A stretch of DNA of 63,977 nt, filler included, from Octopus bimaculoides (taxonomy: Eukaryota), in assembly GCF_001194135.2 (NCBI RefSeq). It is 4 parts of 4 records of this genome, joined end to end, with 100 filler letters (N's around TTAATTAATTAA, not from the genome) between each part and the next. Parts side by side here need not be neighbours in the genome. Positions count along the whole stretch, not along the records: positions 62,691 to 63,977 come from NW_026386430.1; 3 more parts are not named here. One strand, written 5' to 3'. The notes beneath the pieces were generated by a model. The model was not told the DNA's origin and did not search any database. It was given only the letters and a program-made list of their open reading frames with translations. Every line of letters starts with the position of its first letter. Positions within the stretch are counted from its first letter, which is position 1. The position numbers were made by a program, and so were the translations under genes. Positions 62,591 through 63,977 of the stretch are shown one piece after another.

Positions 62591-63457
62591 NNNNNNNNNN
62601 NNNNNNNNNNNNNNNNNNNNNNNNNNNNNNNNNNTTAATTAATTAANNNNNNNNNNNNNNNNNNNNNNNNNNNNNNNNNNNNNNNNNNNNTAGCCTAGAG
62701 ACAAGTAAATTCGGCCTAGCCTAGCCTAGAGACAAGTTAACTCGACTTAAGTCGTGTCTCCTTGAACCAATTAACGACGTAGGGTGAGGTATGTCTGTAT
62801 TTTGGTAGATGAAAGTTACAGATATCTTGCAGTCGTCGAGAAATATTATATAATTTGGTGCAGTGAGTAAATGTACAGGGAGAAAAGTTTAGTTTTTAAT
62901 TAATAACATTTAAAGCGTTTTTCAGTTGTTACACACGATTTCGATTTGCATGCAGACACACATACACAGACACATGTGCGAGAGTGTAATTCTAGATAGA
63001 AACAGAAGCAAAGAGAAAATTTAACAGAAAATTTGAGGAGTTACCTCCCATAGCCGAAGACGCAATACCGTTGATTTACTTCCCTTGAATAAAATGCTAT
63101 TTGCTATTCAATAATAGAACAAGTATCGTGTTGCTCCCACATCACCACCATCGTCATCGTCGTTATCATCGTCGTCCTCGTCGTCACCATCAATGATAAC
63201 TACTATCCAGTGGAGGAGGACGAGGAGAGGGTAGTTCCGCTTATAAGAATAAGAAGCAGAAATTGCAAGAAAAAGGGGCCCAATTTTTTTTTTTACAAAG
63301 AAATAACGACGTTAGCAAAATATTCACGATATTTTTTCAAATATTAGTTGATAGAACACTGTTTGCTTTTCGAAAAATAATGGAAACAATTTTTCTACAT
63401 ATTAATTCATTTCTGCGATATCTTTTATATATGTTACATTTATGTTTTATATATATA

Positions 63458-63977
63458 AGCTCTCCCGCGAACAACTAGAATCCTTCCTCTCTTTTGTCCA
63501 GTCCTTCCATCCTGCCCTCGAAATTCTCCTGCACCATTTCTGACACTCCGTCGCCTTTCTTGGTATTTCGGTCAACATACACAACTCCGCTTTCACTACC
63601 TCCATCCACTACAAACACACCGACTCACACTCATACCTCAACTTCTCCTCCTACCCTAAACACATCAAGCTCTCCAACCGCTACTCCCAATTCCTCCGTC
63701 TGTACAGACTCTGCAGGGACAACCATGATTGAGACTCAGTCTCAATTCATGGCTCGCCACTTCATCCTTCATAGATATCCCCTCACTACTATCCACACCA
63801 CCCTTGCTAGAGCACGATCCATGGAATGTGCCTCTACTCTCCTCTCTCTCTCTCTCTTCGCACCCGTTCCGCCGTTGCACGTCTCCCTTTTCCCCTCACC
63901 TACCACCCCTCTACCCTGCCACTTCAAGCACCATTCTCCGAGCCTTCCGGCGACTCCAGTCCGACTCCTCCACTTTG
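63458..63977 (+). mobile_element. Penelope-like retroelement RT C-terminal/thumb region, 5'-truncated, running off the window end
   Basis: SREQLESFLSFVQSFHPAL..SVAFLGISV..TTSIHYKHTDSHSYLNFSS..KHIK..YSQFLRL.RLC matches the PLE motifs FHPAL, V.FLD, YKPTDSHSYL and PYSQFLRL.RLCS. Frameshifted. Confidence 0.88.

Overview
This is repeat-saturated, AT-rich eukaryotic (animal) genomic DNA with many N gaps. The SINE repertoire looks like an octopod cephalopod, but that is my recollection of these families, not a database result. I find no intact protein-coding gene, rRNA, true tRNA or CRISPR array, and most long ORFs in the track are microsatellite or N-gap artefacts. The window is an archive of decayed mobile elements. 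It holds at least eight fragments of R4/Dong-type (restriction-like endonuclease, RLE) non-LTR retrotransposons, several ending in (TAA)n. It also holds a Gypsy LTR relic, a Chapaev3-like and a Tc1-like transposase relic, two different Penelope-like elements (PLEs), and a PLE terminal repeat with a degenerate hammerhead-ribozyme core. There is also an RTE 3' end, a hAT MITE, a piggyBac-type MITE nested in a SINE, and dozens of copies of about six SINE-like families (working labels A-F are mine). A few short segments have good splice signals and may be exons of a large-intron host gene, but I cannot identify it. I see no convincing new biological system. The best leads are a candidate ribozyme, an R4-SINE chimera, a fold-back SINE rearrangement, head-to-tail SINE arrays built on (TTA)n, and a Naiad-like PLE. 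Boundaries are approximate unless stated as exact.
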